Origin: an uncultured virus (IMG/VR IMGVR_UViG_3300033069_001715)
Taxonomy: Duplodnaviria > Heunggongvirae > Uroviricota > Caudoviricetes
DNA length: 20,000 bases
Virus record (IMG/VR): IMGVR_UViG_3300033069_001715
Reading direction: 5' to 3' (one strand)
Part shown: positions 1 through 8,849 of the stretch, one piece after another
Numbering within the stretch: the stretch's first letter is position 1
How the letters are laid out: every line of letters starts with the position of its first letter
Program-made: the position numbers and the translations under genes
The notes under the pieces: generated by a model
Told to the model about the DNA's origin: nothing
Databases searched by the model: none
What the model saw: only the letters and a program-made list of their open reading frames with translations

Positions 1-290
1 TTCAAATGAGCTTGAGGCGCTGCGTCTGGGTCAGACATATCGTCAAACCAGCCATTCACAGCAAACGGAGGCTCATAATCATTAAGGGGGTCGTCCGGAA
101 ACAACTGATAAGCGAGCATCGCAGCAAACACCACCTGGTTGCCCAGATGCAAACAGGCTTTTGCTTCTTGCTTCAAAGCCTCTGGATTAACCAACTCTTC
201 AGCAGAACAGGTGGTCTCAAACGTATATTTCCTCCACGTTCCGTCAGCATACGCAATACCGACAGTAGTCTTTCCCTTACGATTACTCAT
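1..290 (-). CDS. hypothetical protein, 3' end runs off the window
   Basis: Not in the ORF track. Translated by hand from ATG at 290 (MSNRKGKTTVGIAYADGTWRKYTFETT...), open to position 1. Preceded by GGGAGG RBS, with an ATGA overlap with the stop of 287..721. Confidence 0.8.
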   Translation of the reverse strand, partial: MSNRKGKTTVGIAYADGTWRKYTFETTCSAEELVNPEALKQEAKACLHLGNQVVFAAMLAYQLFPDDPLNDYEPPFAVNGWFDDMSDPDAAPQAHL

Positions 291-721
291 GTCACCTCCC
301 AGGGTCTAATAAGTTCAACACCCTCCTGCGTCGCATCGGATCGCTCCAGCAGTAAACGATAGCCGACGTGATATCTCTGCGGAGAGTGAGAGAAAATCGT
401 CGCATCTGGCTCCAAGTTGTTGGGGTCAGAAGCTAGATAAGCCACAACCCGGTCCCGGAACTGCTTTTGAGTTCGCCAACCTGACATCTCATTCTCCAGC
501 TCCGCCTGCTGCTGCCTGGCTATCGATTCAACGCTACCACTGTAACGGCGGTCCTGAACCTCTTCGATCGTTGGTGGATCACCACAATCGTACAGCGTTT
601 CTTCGAGTCGCTCTTTGAGAACAGCACGGCAAACCTTATCCATCTTCGCTGACGTCGATACGTTGTAGTACACCGGATCACTGTCCGTCTTAAGCATCAG
701 CACAGCAATCTGCTTACTCAT
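287..721 (-). CDS. hypothetical phage protein (144 aa)
   Basis: ORF in the coupled minus-strand array, overlapping neighbours at both ends. Confidence 0.8.
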   Translation of the reverse strand: MSKQIAVLMLKTDSDPVYYNVSTSAKMDKVCRAVLKERLEETLYDCGDPPTIEEVQDRRYSGSVESIARQQQAELENEMSGWRTQKQFRDRVVAYLASDPNNLEPDATIFSHSPQRYHVGYRLLLERSDATQEGVELIRPWEVT

Positions 722-1103
722 CTAGCGAGTCCCTAATTGGATGGCCAAACTGCATCCCAGCCAGTTGCACACTGCAAACAGCATCGTGGAAAAACAGCGG
801 AAACTCCTTCGCGATGTAACCGGCATCAACGAACTCAAAGAACAGCTGTTTCATCGCAGCTTCATCAGCGTCCTTAGGCTCTTGCTCCCGCCACTGCTGA
901 AGATTACGTCCTAGTGGAATACAGGCACAGTCATAATTGACCAGCATCTCGTAAACCATGTCCTCAAGTCGAAGCCGCTCCTTCGCCATCGGCGTGTCCC
1001 ATTTGACACAGGCAATGAGCAGCTCATACGCCTTCTCACTTGGACGAATAGTCGGCAACACCCGCTCCGCGTTCTCGTCCGTATCGTAGTAATGTCTACT
1101 CAT
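714..1103 (-). CDS. hypothetical phage protein (129 aa)
   Basis: GGAG RBS; ATGA overlap with the upstream ORF. Confidence 0.8.
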   Translation of the reverse strand: MSRHYYDTDENAERVLPTIRPSEKAYELLIACVKWDTPMAKERLRLEDMVYEMLVNYDCACIPLGRNLQQWREQEPKDADEAAMKQLFFEFVDAGYIAKEFPLFFHDAVCSVQLAGMQFGHPIRDSLDE

Positions 1104-1405
1104 CTCGTCTGCTCCGCGTTTGTTTGATTCTCCTGAGCTTCAGCCGCCTGGATAATCTCCTTGGCCAACTGCCCTCGGACTTCCATCTCTCGCTTACGTC
1201 TGACGCACTCGGTCTTGAACCTGGCAATCTGATTATCGATCGTCTTGCACTTCAAGCACACACGATGATGAACAAGCCGTTTAAGTCCATACGACTGGAC
1301 CAAAAGTGGCAGCTCAAAACTCCATAGAATGCGATTCTTGTCTTCGCTCGCAACGTAGTGCCAGTCGTGGTCGTCAATCAAACCAAACAATTTGGTACAG
1401 CCCAT
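1100..1405 (-). CDS. hypothetical protein with CxxC motif (101 aa)
   Basis: Starts directly after the stop of 1406..1834; GAGGGGG upstream; HRVCLKCK motif. Confidence 0.75.
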   Translation of the reverse strand: MGCTKLFGLIDDHDWHYVASEDKNRILWSFELPLLVQSYGLKRLVHHRVCLKCKTIDNQIARFKTECVRRKREMEVRGQLAKEIIQAAEAQENQTNAEQTR

Positions 1406-1834
1406 CTACCACCCCCTCAGCCACATGCCCAGAATCGCCATCGCCAAAATGACAACAGCAATCAGGATCTCGGCGGTGCTAGGTCTAGCTGCGACGTCTA
1501 AAGTTTCTACCGGCGGCTCGACCTTCTCCGCATGCGCAGCATCCCACTGGTCAAGCCTTTCAGCAATCCAGTCGTCAGCCTCTCGCTTGGAGAGAAATCC
1601 CATCTGTAGCCACCCGTTCTCGCTCTGCATGCTGTAAGACCAGGGCCGAGGATTGCCGTTGTCGCGGTAGAACGGTCCGCGAACATAACCATTGGGAAAT
1701 GGCACGAAGTTCCGGTTGCTGTCCACGTAGCCCTCGTAATGACCCCCTTGCTTGAACACGTAGCCCTGGGCAACCATCATCTGGTCAAGTTTGGCGTTGT
1801 GCTCTCTGATCCGCTCTTGAATTGTTTTGGTCAT
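1406..1834 (-). CDS. hypothetical protein with C-terminal transmembrane anchor (142 aa)
   Basis: C-terminal hydrophobic run ILIAVVILAMAILGMWL; abuts both neighbours. Confidence 0.8.
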   Translation of the reverse strand: MTKTIQERIREHNAKLDQMMVAQGYVFKQGGHYEGYVDSNRNFVPFPNGYVRGPFYRDNGNPRPWSYSMQSENGWLQMGFLSKREADDWIAERLDQWDAAHAEKVEPPVETLDVAARPSTAEILIAVVILAMAILGMWLRGW

Positions 1835-2026
1835 CTATCCAACCCAATCTTGGTCGATGATCAGATCACCATCGTCACACATCAAAGAGACCCCCTGAGG
1901 ATTTCCTGGCTCTTCTCCATCGTTCTCCGCGGACACTGCCGCCTGCCATTTTCTAACGGCTTCAGCGTAGTTCTCTGCAACAACGAATCCTGGGCGATCT
2001 GAATCCTGCACGTGAAATAGTGGCAT
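1835..2026 (-). CDS. small acidic hypothetical protein (63 aa)
   Basis: Strong AGGAGG RBS upstream of the ATG at 2026. Confidence 0.8.
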   Translation of the reverse strand: MPLFHVQDSDRPGFVVAENYAEAVRKWQAAVSAENDGEEPGNPQGVSLMCDDGDLIIDQDWVG

Positions 2027-2059
2027 CTTAGCCTCCTATTAGGAATGTGATTGAGTTGC

Positions 2060-2275
2060 TCAATCCTGAACAACCACGTAGTAACGACCGTCTGAGTCTG
2101 TTCCCAGACTCTCTCCGTCTTTGAGCTCCGGCGGACCAATAGAGATCTCCTGGGCGGCTATCTTCTCACCAATCAATTCACCTAGCTCCTCTTCGGAACA
2201 GGTTTCCAGATCTCGGTAATAGTCAATAGCCGCCCCGAAGCTCACAAAATTCGGCGTGCCGAATCTAGTCGCCAC
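2060..2275 (-). CDS. small hypothetical phage protein (71 aa)
   Basis: GTG start overlapping the end of 2265..2972; fills the coding space in the array. Confidence 0.75.
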   Translation of the reverse strand: MATRFGTPNFVSFGAAIDYYRDLETCSEEELGELIGEKIAAQEISIGPPELKDGESLGTDSDGRYYVVVQD

Positions 2276-2972
2276 TGGTTTGATCTTCCGACTCTTCTAC
2301 GACAGTGCCGTCGACGGTGACGCCAATGGGTGACGTTCCCAAGTACAAATGCCCGCCAGCTACGTCTTGCACTGCAGCCAGAACGTTGGCGTAATGCTCT
2401 GGGTTAGCAGCCAGCGTTTTGGCAGTAAACGCCGCCAGCAGTTTCGAAGCCATCTCGTCGCGATCGGCGATCATCGCCTCTCGCTCAGCAATGTAGCGGT
2501 ACGCTGCGTTGTCCTGCTTGATCAGCGAGTTATAAGCTGCCCGTTTAGCTTCTGGCACTGTATACGTGGCCTGTAGCTGAAGACCTTCGGCTGCCGCCTC
2601 GAAACAATCAGACAGCTCAACACCGTTAATGTCGACGCAGTTACCGTCATCGTCTGTTTCGATCGCAACAAAAATCTTTACGTTACCATGCGGCTCAGAC
2701 AGAGACAGCGAGTAAAACCCGATACTCCAATCGGCGAACTCGTCATGGAACTCACACAGTGCCTCCATGACTGACACAAACTTCGCCGAATATCGTTTGG
2801 TAATATCAGCCTTGATCTCGAGGTTCAACTCCTCTCGCAAGGTCTCTATCTGCGATCGCAACTGCTCTCGCTCTCTCGACTTAGCTTCGATCTCCAGCTC
2901 CAGCTCGGCAACTCGCTGCACTACGAGCAGGTTTACGACCTCGCTGTTCCCAATTTGAATATTTAGACTCAT
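2265..2972 (-). CDS. acidic hypothetical protein with N-terminal coiled coil (235 aa)
   Basis: Long ORF; heptad-like segment VAELELEIEAKSREREQLRSQIETLREELN. Confidence 0.85.
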   Translation of the reverse strand: MSLNIQIGNSEVVNLLVVQRVAELELEIEAKSREREQLRSQIETLREELNLEIKADITKRYSAKFVSVMEALCEFHDEFADWSIGFYSLSLSEPHGNVKIFVAIETDDDGNCVDINGVELSDCFEAAAEGLQLQATYTVPEAKRAAYNSLIKQDNAAYRYIAEREAMIADRDEMASKLLAAFTAKTLAANPEHYANVLAAVQDVAGGHLYLGTSPIGVTVDGTVVEESEDQTSGD

Positions 2973-3007
2973 ACTTCCGTTCCAGTTCTTGTTAATTGTG
3001 ATAGTTC

Positions 3008-3021
3008 AGACAGCGCCGTCT
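3008..3021. promoter_or_regulatory. degenerate copy of the dispersed palindrome (AGACAGCGCCGTCT)
   Basis: GACAGCGCCGTC at 3009..3020 has one mismatch to GACAGCGCTGTC and sits right after the TAA of 3021..4241. The minus strand reads TAAGACGGCGCTGTCTGAACTA, versus TAAGACAGCGCTGTCGCTGAACTA at 5794 on the plus strand. Confidence 0.65.
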
Positions 3022-4241
3022 TAGATGTGGCAATCGACAATGGTGAGATAGTGATCGTTTGGAATGCTGTCGAAGATCTGCTTGAAAACCTTCGGCCAAT
3101 CCTCAACCTCGTTGGTTGAAGTTCCAAACCAACCCATCTCACCGTTTTGCATCCACTTTCCGTCTTTGACAACCGCCCAAACCGTTAGCGGCTCGGCCTG
3201 CCGCACCCACTGCTCAATCGTCTGGCCCTTCAGCTCAGGCAATTGCCAAGTGGATTCCCAAACGTCTGCTGCGTACTTGGCGTCTTCAGGAAGCCACTCC
3301 AAGAACATGGATCGATAAGCACCGCCCTTAGGTCTTTGATCCTCTGGCAAGGCCTTCCAGATCTCATGATGCTCCTCACACAGATGAATCGCCCGCTCCA
3401 TCTCTGGTCGCGTGACAACTCGCTGTTTCTTCTTGAGCACCTGGTCAATGCAGTCATCGAGCCACTTGTAGCCGTTGGACATCTGGAGGGCGTGCATGGC
3501 GTTGATATCCAAATCTCCCTTGCGGGAACTATCACAACGGCCCGGTATCCGTCCGTTGATGAAACCTGGATAGATCATGTCGATGATGTTGACAATAGCC
3601 TGCTCAAGTGAGGACGACGCTCCGCAGGGAGCGTTGCTGATGAACTTGCCGGTGTAACGCCCGCCAACACTCCACCAATCCCACTGGGCGTTAGGATTGG
3701 TTCGCTTGATGACTCGTTGAACATCGCCGTTTTCGTCCAAACGGATGTAGCCGTACTTATGCTCCCCATCCAATTCTGGAGACTCAGCAGTCGCAATCGA
3801 CTCATATCCTGTGTTACTGATCACGAACTCCAAAAACGTCATCGCCTCGTTTAACTTCTTGTCAAGCTCAATAGCACCTTCTGGCAAGAAGTGAACTCTC
3901 GCGGCGTAGCCTCGGCCGTCACCCCAATCACGACTGGTCCAAAACAAACCATCGCCTTGCCCAGTTCCGGCGATCGGTCCGATCTTCTTGGACTCCTCTT
4001 CTGTCGGCACGCGAAAAAACTGATCATCCCATTTGACGTGCTCAGTGCCGTCAGCCAGCCGAATCATCGGCTGCGTCTCCCTCTCGTATTCATCCTGAAG
4101 CGATTGGGTTCGGTCTACGTCTACAACATATTCATTTCGCACACCAGTGCACTCGAACTCGTGATACGGTCCAAGCACCTTATCGAGAACCTTACCTGTT
4201 GGCGGCTCACTGGTGACGACTAGAACTGAAAAGTGGCTCAT
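3021..4241 (-). CDS. conserved phage hypothetical protein (406 aa)
   Basis: Motifs MSHFSVLV, NPNAQWDWWSVGGRY, GEMGWFG and terminal IVDCHI match my recollection of a widespread uncharacterised phage family. Confidence 0.88.
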   Translation of the reverse strand: MSHFSVLVVTSEPPTGKVLDKVLGPYHEFECTGVRNEYVVDVDRTQSLQDEYERETQPMIRLADGTEHVKWDDQFFRVPTEEESKKIGPIAGTGQGDGLFWTSRDWGDGRGYAARVHFLPEGAIELDKKLNEAMTFLEFVISNTGYESIATAESPELDGEHKYGYIRLDENGDVQRVIKRTNPNAQWDWWSVGGRYTGKFISNAPCGASSSLEQAIVNIIDMIYPGFINGRIPGRCDSSRKGDLDINAMHALQMSNGYKWLDDCIDQVLKKKQRVVTRPEMERAIHLCEEHHEIWKALPEDQRPKGGAYRSMFLEWLPEDAKYAADVWESTWQLPELKGQTIEQWVRQAEPLTVWAVVKDGKWMQNGEMGWFGTSTNEVEDWPKVFKQIFDSIPNDHYLTIVDCHI

Positions 4242-4660
4242 TGTTTAGAGTCCTCTGCTAAATCTTCTTTGATCGAGGCAACCGTTCTTTCAAGACGGGC
4301 CAGGCTCTCCCGTCGCTCCTTCAAAATTCGCTCCGCCTGATCAATGGATGACCGGGCCAACTGAAGCTGCACGTCGTAGAAGGCGATTCTGGCCTTCCGC
4401 TGGTCTGGATAGTACTCACCGTCAAACCAGTCAGTAATGCTGCGATCATGGTGGTCTACGTCTAGGTAGTCAACAAAGCGAATGTGATCGCCTCGATGAC
4501 AAACCAGAAGCTCGATCCGACCTTGGGCGCCAACACCGTGATCAGCCCTCAGCTCATACATCACGTGGTCCTCATACTGGCGGACCCCGATAACGGAGAA
4601 CTCCAGTATGTCCATACAGCAAGGTCGCCAAAGCCTGTCCTTGCATTTAAGCATTTCCAT
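4238..4660 (-). CDS. hypothetical protein with C-terminal coiled coil
   Basis: Track ORF 4238..4705. Start moved to ATG 4660 (MEMLKCK), which has GGAG upstream and a smaller overlap. Confidence 0.75.
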   Translation of the reverse strand: MEMLKCKDRLWRPCCMDILEFSVIGVRQYEDHVMYELRADHGVGAQGRIELLVCHRGDHIRFVDYLDVDHHDRSITDWFDGEYYPDQRKARIAFYDVQLQLARSSIDQAERILKERRESLARLERTVASIKEDLAEDSKQ

Positions 4661-5435
4661 CAAGAAGCTCCGTTTGTGGGCCTTTGAGTCGACTGGCCTG
4701 CTCAAGTCCCATCGTGTGCAGCATCAAATCAATCTGCGCTGCAACCTCAGTCCGGACCTGCTGAACCGTCTCCTCCATCTGCTCCTCCAACAACGTCTGC
4801 ACAAAGGCGAAGTTCTTGGGGATATTTCCCAAACGACAGTCCAGCTCATGAAGAAGGGCTGTAACCTCTTTGAGCGTCGGTCGCTTGCCCTCTCTTTGCC
4901 AATTGGCAACGGTATTCCGGATGTTGAACAGCGATTCGATAGCATCGCGACCTGCCGCTTTGATCCGCTCGGACGCGTCGTTAACGTCATCAACAAGATT
5001 CTCCGGCCCTTCAATCATCTCACCGCAGAAACGCCCAAGTGTCGCCGGAACACCCTCGCCACCAAAGGACGTGATAAGGGTAGCGAACTGAGAGGCTGTC
5101 ATGTACACCGTGATTATCGTGCCACTCTCGTAGAGCCTGCGATTGCTACCGTCGCGGATGATCTCCTGAGCAGTATGAATGCTCAGCGATACATAGTGCT
5201 GATGATTGACCCTTGACTGCCAAAGCACCGCACCGCTGCTGTGCGTACGATTGAGCCTAACTACCGCCTGGTAAGGGGCCTCGATTCGAGTCTGCCCCTT
5301 ATCATCCACCGTCGTGCTGTGCGGCCTTACCGCTGCTCGGTACGACCGGAGCTCTTCAAACACCGCCTGAGCCTGGGCGGCGGTCAGCTTGTTAGCCGCC
5401 ACCGCCTCCAGTGGAACAAGCTTAGGCTGGGACAT
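4647..5435 (-). CDS. conserved phage hypothetical protein (~262 aa)
   Basis: Long ORF. The motif VYMTASQFATLITSFGGEGVPATL resembles a recurrent uncharacterised phage family (from memory); helical C-terminus. Confidence 0.85.
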   Translation of the reverse strand: MSQPKLVPLEAVAANKLTAAQAQAVFEELRSYRAAVRPHSTTVDDKGQTRIEAPYQAVVRLNRTHSSGAVLWQSRVNHQHYVSLSIHTAQEIIRDGSNRRLYESGTIITVYMTASQFATLITSFGGEGVPATLGRFCGEMIEGPENLVDDVNDASERIKAAGRDAIESLFNIRNTVANWQREGKRPTLKEVTALLHELDCRLGNIPKNFAFVQTLLEEQMEETVQQVRTEVAAQIDLMLHTMGLEQASRLKGPQTELLDGNA

Positions 5436-5778
5436 CAATATTCGCCCCAGGTAGTGCCTTCTCAGCCAATCGAGCTGCGCGACGAAACTGCCTCATCTTC
5501 CGATTGAACTTCCATCGCTCCCACCAGGTCGAACCAGTGCGGCCCTCCCGGATTCCTCTCACCAAGTCCCGCAGTCGATTAGCCCAGTAATGAGCACGAT
5601 TGGCCTGCATCTTAAACTCGAACATGGCCGCAGCCAGCGAGTTCTTGAGGACAGCGTTTTCCTTTTCAAGCTCCTGGCAGCGGCGGTTAAGTCTTTGATT
5701 GGTTTCCACCATCTGCTGCCGAGAAGCCATACACAGCTTCCAACCTTCTTGAGGCTTTGCCCCTTGATTCTTACCCAT
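5422..5778 (-). CDS. basic coiled-coil hypothetical protein (118 aa)
   Basis: AAGGAGAG RBS lying just downstream of the palindromic motif. Confidence 0.8.
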   Translation of the reverse strand: MGKNQGAKPQEGWKLCMASRQQMVETNQRLNRRCQELEKENAVLKNSLAAAMFEFKMQANRAHYWANRLRDLVRGIREGRTGSTWWERWKFNRKMRQFRRAARLAEKALPGANIDVPA

Positions 5779-5789
5779 TACTCTCTCCT

Positions 5790-5811
5790 TGTTTAAGACA
5801 GCGCTGTCGCT
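5790..5811. promoter_or_regulatory. dispersed palindromic motif, putative operator or protein-binding site
   Basis: TGTTTAAGACAGCGCTGTCGCT, identical over 22 bp to 16709..16730. Palindrome at 5797..5808; intergenic and adjacent to the RBS. Confidence 0.8.
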
Positions 5812-5814
5812 GAA

Positions 5815-6078
5815 CTACGTCTTGGCCCACTTGAGCAAGTCAGCAATCTTCTGTTTGCCGACAGCCTCTCCATCGAAGCGGCCTATATGATAAACCGCCC
5901 GAACCAGTTGTTCCACCTGGCGATGCAACTCAAGGTTGTAGGCTATCTCTTTGGTGGTCCTAATCGACGGCATGCTGTTGCCGTTGACCGAGATATTCAT
6001 GACGAAAACGTCTGGCGGATCTTCGTCACTACCCTCGCCAGGCCATATGGAAACCCTAGGGTTCTCGTTTTTGCTCAC
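5815..6078 (-). CDS. hypothetical protein (87 aa)
   Basis: GTGA overlap with 6075..6311; GAGGG RBS. Confidence 0.75.
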   Translation of the reverse strand: MSKNENPRVSIWPGEGSDEDPPDVFVMNISVNGNSMPSIRTTKEIAYNLELHRQVEQLVRAVYHIGRFDGEAVGKQKIADLLKWAKT

Positions 6079-6311
6079 ACGAACCCCTCGATGTAATCCC
6101 GCATTTGCTTCTCGGTATTGAGCAACCCATTAACCAACAGTGGGAATCCCAAGTCCTGAATTATGGCCTTGAGATCGCGAGTTCCCTCATGCTTCATCAC
6201 GTCACTGGAAAAGGAATCAAACGCCTGTCGATAATCACCAGCCTCAACATACTGCATCGCCCTGTCCTTGCACCACTGAAGGTGCTCGGCCCTTGTCATT
6301 GGCTCTTTCAA
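6075..6311 (-). CDS. conserved small phage hypothetical protein (~78 aa)
   Basis: The motif RAEHLQWCKDRAMQY...SDVMKHEGT resembles a recurrent phage family (from memory); coupled to neighbours. Confidence 0.8.
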   Translation of the reverse strand: MKEPMTRAEHLQWCKDRAMQYVEAGDYRQAFDSFSSDVMKHEGTRDLKAIIQDLGFPLLVNGLLNTEKQMRDYIEGFV

Positions 6312-6769
6312 CTTAGCTTCCTCACCAGCTTGTCAAGCTTCTTGGCGATCTCTTTGGCTCCGACAATGAGCGTCTTCAGCTCTGTAGCTGCAGCCTTCTT
6401 TGCCATAGGCTCACGAGTTGGCACTGGTCGTTTCCACGCCGCACGTTTGCCCTTCTTTTTCTTCTTGGGCGGAAGTTTCTTTTTAACCTTCACCTCCTTG
6501 GGCAAGTACATCGCGTGATCAGGCAAGATCGTGATATTCGCCTCTGGATTTCCCGGTGTTTGGTGATCAGACAGATCCACCGCATAAGCGAAGTGGCCGA
6601 CTTTGGCATAAGGTGCCAGATTTCCCTCAAGATCGTAAAAGGGCCCACAACAGCCGTCCGTCCTGGGCAAAATAGTATTCAACTTCTCCAGTCGATACCG
6701 CCCCAGGTCATACGTCTCGCCCTGGTTAGTTCCCTTTGGAAAGGTGTACACGCGAATTAAATCGTTCAT
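6308..6769 (-). CDS. hypothetical protein with Lys-rich C-terminal tail; paralog of 19591..19989
   Basis: AAAGGAGAG RBS. N-terminal RVYTFPKGTNQGETYDLG aligns with RVTTFRDGQNQGEVIDLG. Tail contains KKKLPPKKKKKGKR. Confidence 0.85.
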   Translation of the reverse strand: MNDLIRVYTFPKGTNQGETYDLGRYRLEKLNTILPRTDGCCGPFYDLEGNLAPYAKVGHFAYAVDLSDHQTPGNPEANITILPDHAMYLPKEVKVKKKLPPKKKKKGKRAAWKRPVPTREPMAKKAAATELKTLIVGAKEIAKKLDKLVRKLS

Positions 6770-7371
6770 TTCTCTCCTTTGTTTTTGATTCCTAGTTCTT
6801 CATTATCCAGCTGAATGGCGCGGGCGAGCCAGAGTAGTGCCTGCCTGACACGCCCGTGACGTCCGCCGCCGATCCCTGTCCTGCAGCGAATGCTGGGTAG
6901 TGGATAGGGCTTGCTACCTTCGTTCTGCACGTTCTCCCACTCCTGGGCGCTCAAGTGACAGTCACCGTCAGTAGCAACATATACCGAGAAATAGGTAGCC
7001 TCGTTGGAGCCCTTGTCGTCGCAGTAGAACGTGTAGGCGTGGTTCATCTGCAGCCCCTCAGGCCACTGCGGACTGAGCACAAGGTTGTCTGGGGGAAGGC
7101 GATCACAGTTTACGTCTAAATACGCCAAGTGATCGTAACCCGCGAAGTCTGGAGGCTCGTCAGCATTGACAGCTAGATATATTCTTGGCTTATCGTCTTC
7201 GTCTTCATCGTCTTCATCCTCATCGTCTTCGTCGTTGTCCTCATCAAAGACAATCCCGCTGACTGGGATCATCTCAAAGGACTTCATCATCGTCAAACCG
7301 ACAGCAACCTCTTCAACAAGCTGCTCGTCGGTCATCTTCTGCGCAGCCCTCAGCACATCAATCCACCGCAT
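6766..7371 (-). CDS. hypothetical protein with internal poly-Asp/Glu tract (201 aa)
   Basis: AGGAG RBS; DEDNDEDDEDEDDEDEDD linker between two apparent domains. Confidence 0.85.
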   Translation of the reverse strand: MRWIDVLRAAQKMTDEQLVEEVAVGLTMMKSFEMIPVSGIVFDEDNDEDDEDEDDEDEDDKPRIYLAVNADEPPDFAGYDHLAYLDVNCDRLPPDNLVLSPQWPEGLQMNHAYTFYCDDKGSNEATYFSVYVATDGDCHLSAQEWENVQNEGSKPYPLPSIRCRTGIGGGRHGRVRQALLWLARAIQLDNEELGIKNKGEK

Positions 7372-7666
7372 CAGGTAGTTCTCCTACAGGTAATTGCCCA
7401 ATCGCACAAACAGTTCCTGAAGCCAAACCGTTGATCGTAAACGGCGTCTCCATCAGTGTTCTACACGTGTTGTTGGGCCCATAAGCCAGAACATACATCC
7501 GTCCAAACTGCGAAGAACCCATCAACTGGTTCTCCAGCAGCATCCAGCCCTCAGGACTAAAGTTAGACTTCTGAGCCTGAAGAACCATCAAGAGCGACTG
7601 TGGATCACTATCCTGTCGCTCGCAGTACTGCTGAGCCAACTCCTTGAAAGTCAGGTTTGGAATCAC
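7358..7666 (-). CDS. hypothetical protein (102 aa)
   Basis: GTGA overlap with 7663..8322. Confidence 0.75.
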   Translation of the reverse strand: MIPNLTFKELAQQYCERQDSDPQSLLMVLQAQKSNFSPEGWMLLENQLMGSSQFGRMYVLAYGPNNTCRTLMETPFTINGLASGTVCAIGQLPVGELPDAVD

Positions 7667-8322
7667 CGCGGCATCTTCTTAGTTGGAACTTTCTTACCAG
7701 GCCTAGCAGAAACGACCTTGGTACCAGGCTTGACCTTAGGCGGCGGGAACGCGGCGACGAGTTTCTGCATCGCTGGACCAGCCTTATCCATCTTTTGCCT
7801 AACCTCGGTGAACATTACAGACAGCGCTGTCGCAAACTCAGCCAACTCCTTCTCCAGCTTTTCAGAGTACGGGTGCTCGTCCAGATAGCTGAGATCTTTG
7901 GAGCCCTCGCACCAGCCAGGAATCAAGCTATCAAGATGGGTGTAACGAGCAATACCTCTGACGTCGGATGTCAGTACCCGCTTCTCATACACGCCAGCAA
8001 CAAACCCGATGCAAAGTCGCGGAGCAAAGCTTATATCGTTGTCGTGATAGTGCTTACCACCGATCGTAGCGTTGAGATTGCCGCTGACCTGACACAAAAT
8101 GACCTTCTCCGTCTTGGTAGTACTGGTAAGGTACCTACTGACCGCATCCTGGTACCTTCGAAGGACCTCCTCCTTAGTCGTGCCAAGGACGCTTTTCTGG
8201 TCCAGCATGTCTACGACCGGCGATGGGAGTTCAGCGCTAAAGCGACCCGCGGCGTCGCACTTGATCACCCGCTTATACGTCTGACCGGCTACCTGGACAT
8301 TCTCCGTGCTAATTATTGGCAC
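7663..8322 (-). CDS. hypothetical protein with Pro/Lys-rich tail (219 aa)
   Basis: AGGAGG RBS before the GTG start; contains one exact copy of the palindromic motif. Confidence 0.85.
   Translation of the reverse strand: MPIISTENVQVAGQTYKRVIKCDAAGRFSAELPSPVVDMLDQKSVLGTTKEEVLRRYQDAVSRYLTSTTKTEKVILCQVSGNLNATIGGKHYHDNDISFAPRLCIGFVAGVYEKRVLTSDVRGIARYTHLDSLIPGWCEGSKDLSYLDEHPYSEKLEKELAEFATALSVMFTEVRQKMDKAGPAMQKLVAAFPPPKVKPGTKVVSARPGKKVPTKKMPR
7819..7833. promoter_or_regulatory. intragenic exact copy of AGACAGCGCTGTCGC
   Basis: Exact 15-mer with the palindrome at 7820..7831; read in frame as A-T-A-L-S within 7663..8322. Confidence 0.65.
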
Positions 8323-8849
8323 CCGTTACCTCCTATGAGTGAATCGATCGATCTGTCAAATCTGTTCTTGACCAGGCTCTTGCCCACACTTCTAGAAGTC
8401 ATGAGCTGCACCTTGCCCACTGTTGGAAACTCCGGACTAGGAGTCCAATTAGCTAGGCAAGCGACACCGGTCTTGCACCAATGCAAAAACGCCTCCAACT
8501 GACCGTCATGAAGCTGCTTGAGGCCTCTAAACCTATTTCTCACGTAGGCCTTCGCTGATTCTTCTGAACTGCACTGCGCCACGCCGCACTCAAAGGGTTC
8601 GATCCACTTGTTAGCCCAGTCGAACATCGCAAACCGGCACGCCCACCCGTCAACTCGTCGCTCCAGATCGTAAAGCCCGTATTCGAAATCTGGAGGACGA
8701 ACAATCTTCTTAGCCCGATGAGCCTCTTGGACAACAAGTAGCTCTTTGGGGCCTAACTTAGCTCCATGCTGCTGACAGCAAAGAACATAGTTGTACTCAA
8801 AGCACCCAACAGCTGCGTACTCAAAACCCGGTTCCCACTCAAACGCCAT
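8313..8849 (-). CDS. hypothetical protein, Cys/Trp-rich (178 aa)
   Basis: TAATG overlap with 8849..9343; AGGGG RBS. Confidence 0.8.
   Translation of the reverse strand: MAFEWEPGFEYAAVGCFEYNYVLCCQQHGAKLGPKELLVVQEAHRAKKIVRPPDFEYGLYDLERRVDGWACRFAMFDWANKWIEPFECGVAQCSSEESAKAYVRNRFRGLKQLHDGQLEAFLHWCKTGVACLANWTPSPEFPTVGKVQLMTSRSVGKSLVKNRFDRSIDSLIGGNGCQ

Noticed and set aside
2969..3172. 67-aa minus-strand ORF crossing the palindrome
   Set aside because: Mostly overlaps the conserved 3' end of 3021..4241 in another frame.
4608..5216. 202-aa plus-strand ORF, and the other plus-strand ORFs in the track
   Set aside because: All overlap the coupled minus-strand array, which already fills the coding space.
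7166..7378. Poly-Ser plus-strand ORF
   Set aside because: Antisense reading of the Asp/Glu codon tract in 6766..7371.
7657..8502. 281-aa plus-strand ORF
   Set aside because: Antisense shadow of two RBS-bearing minus-strand genes; no recognisable motifs.
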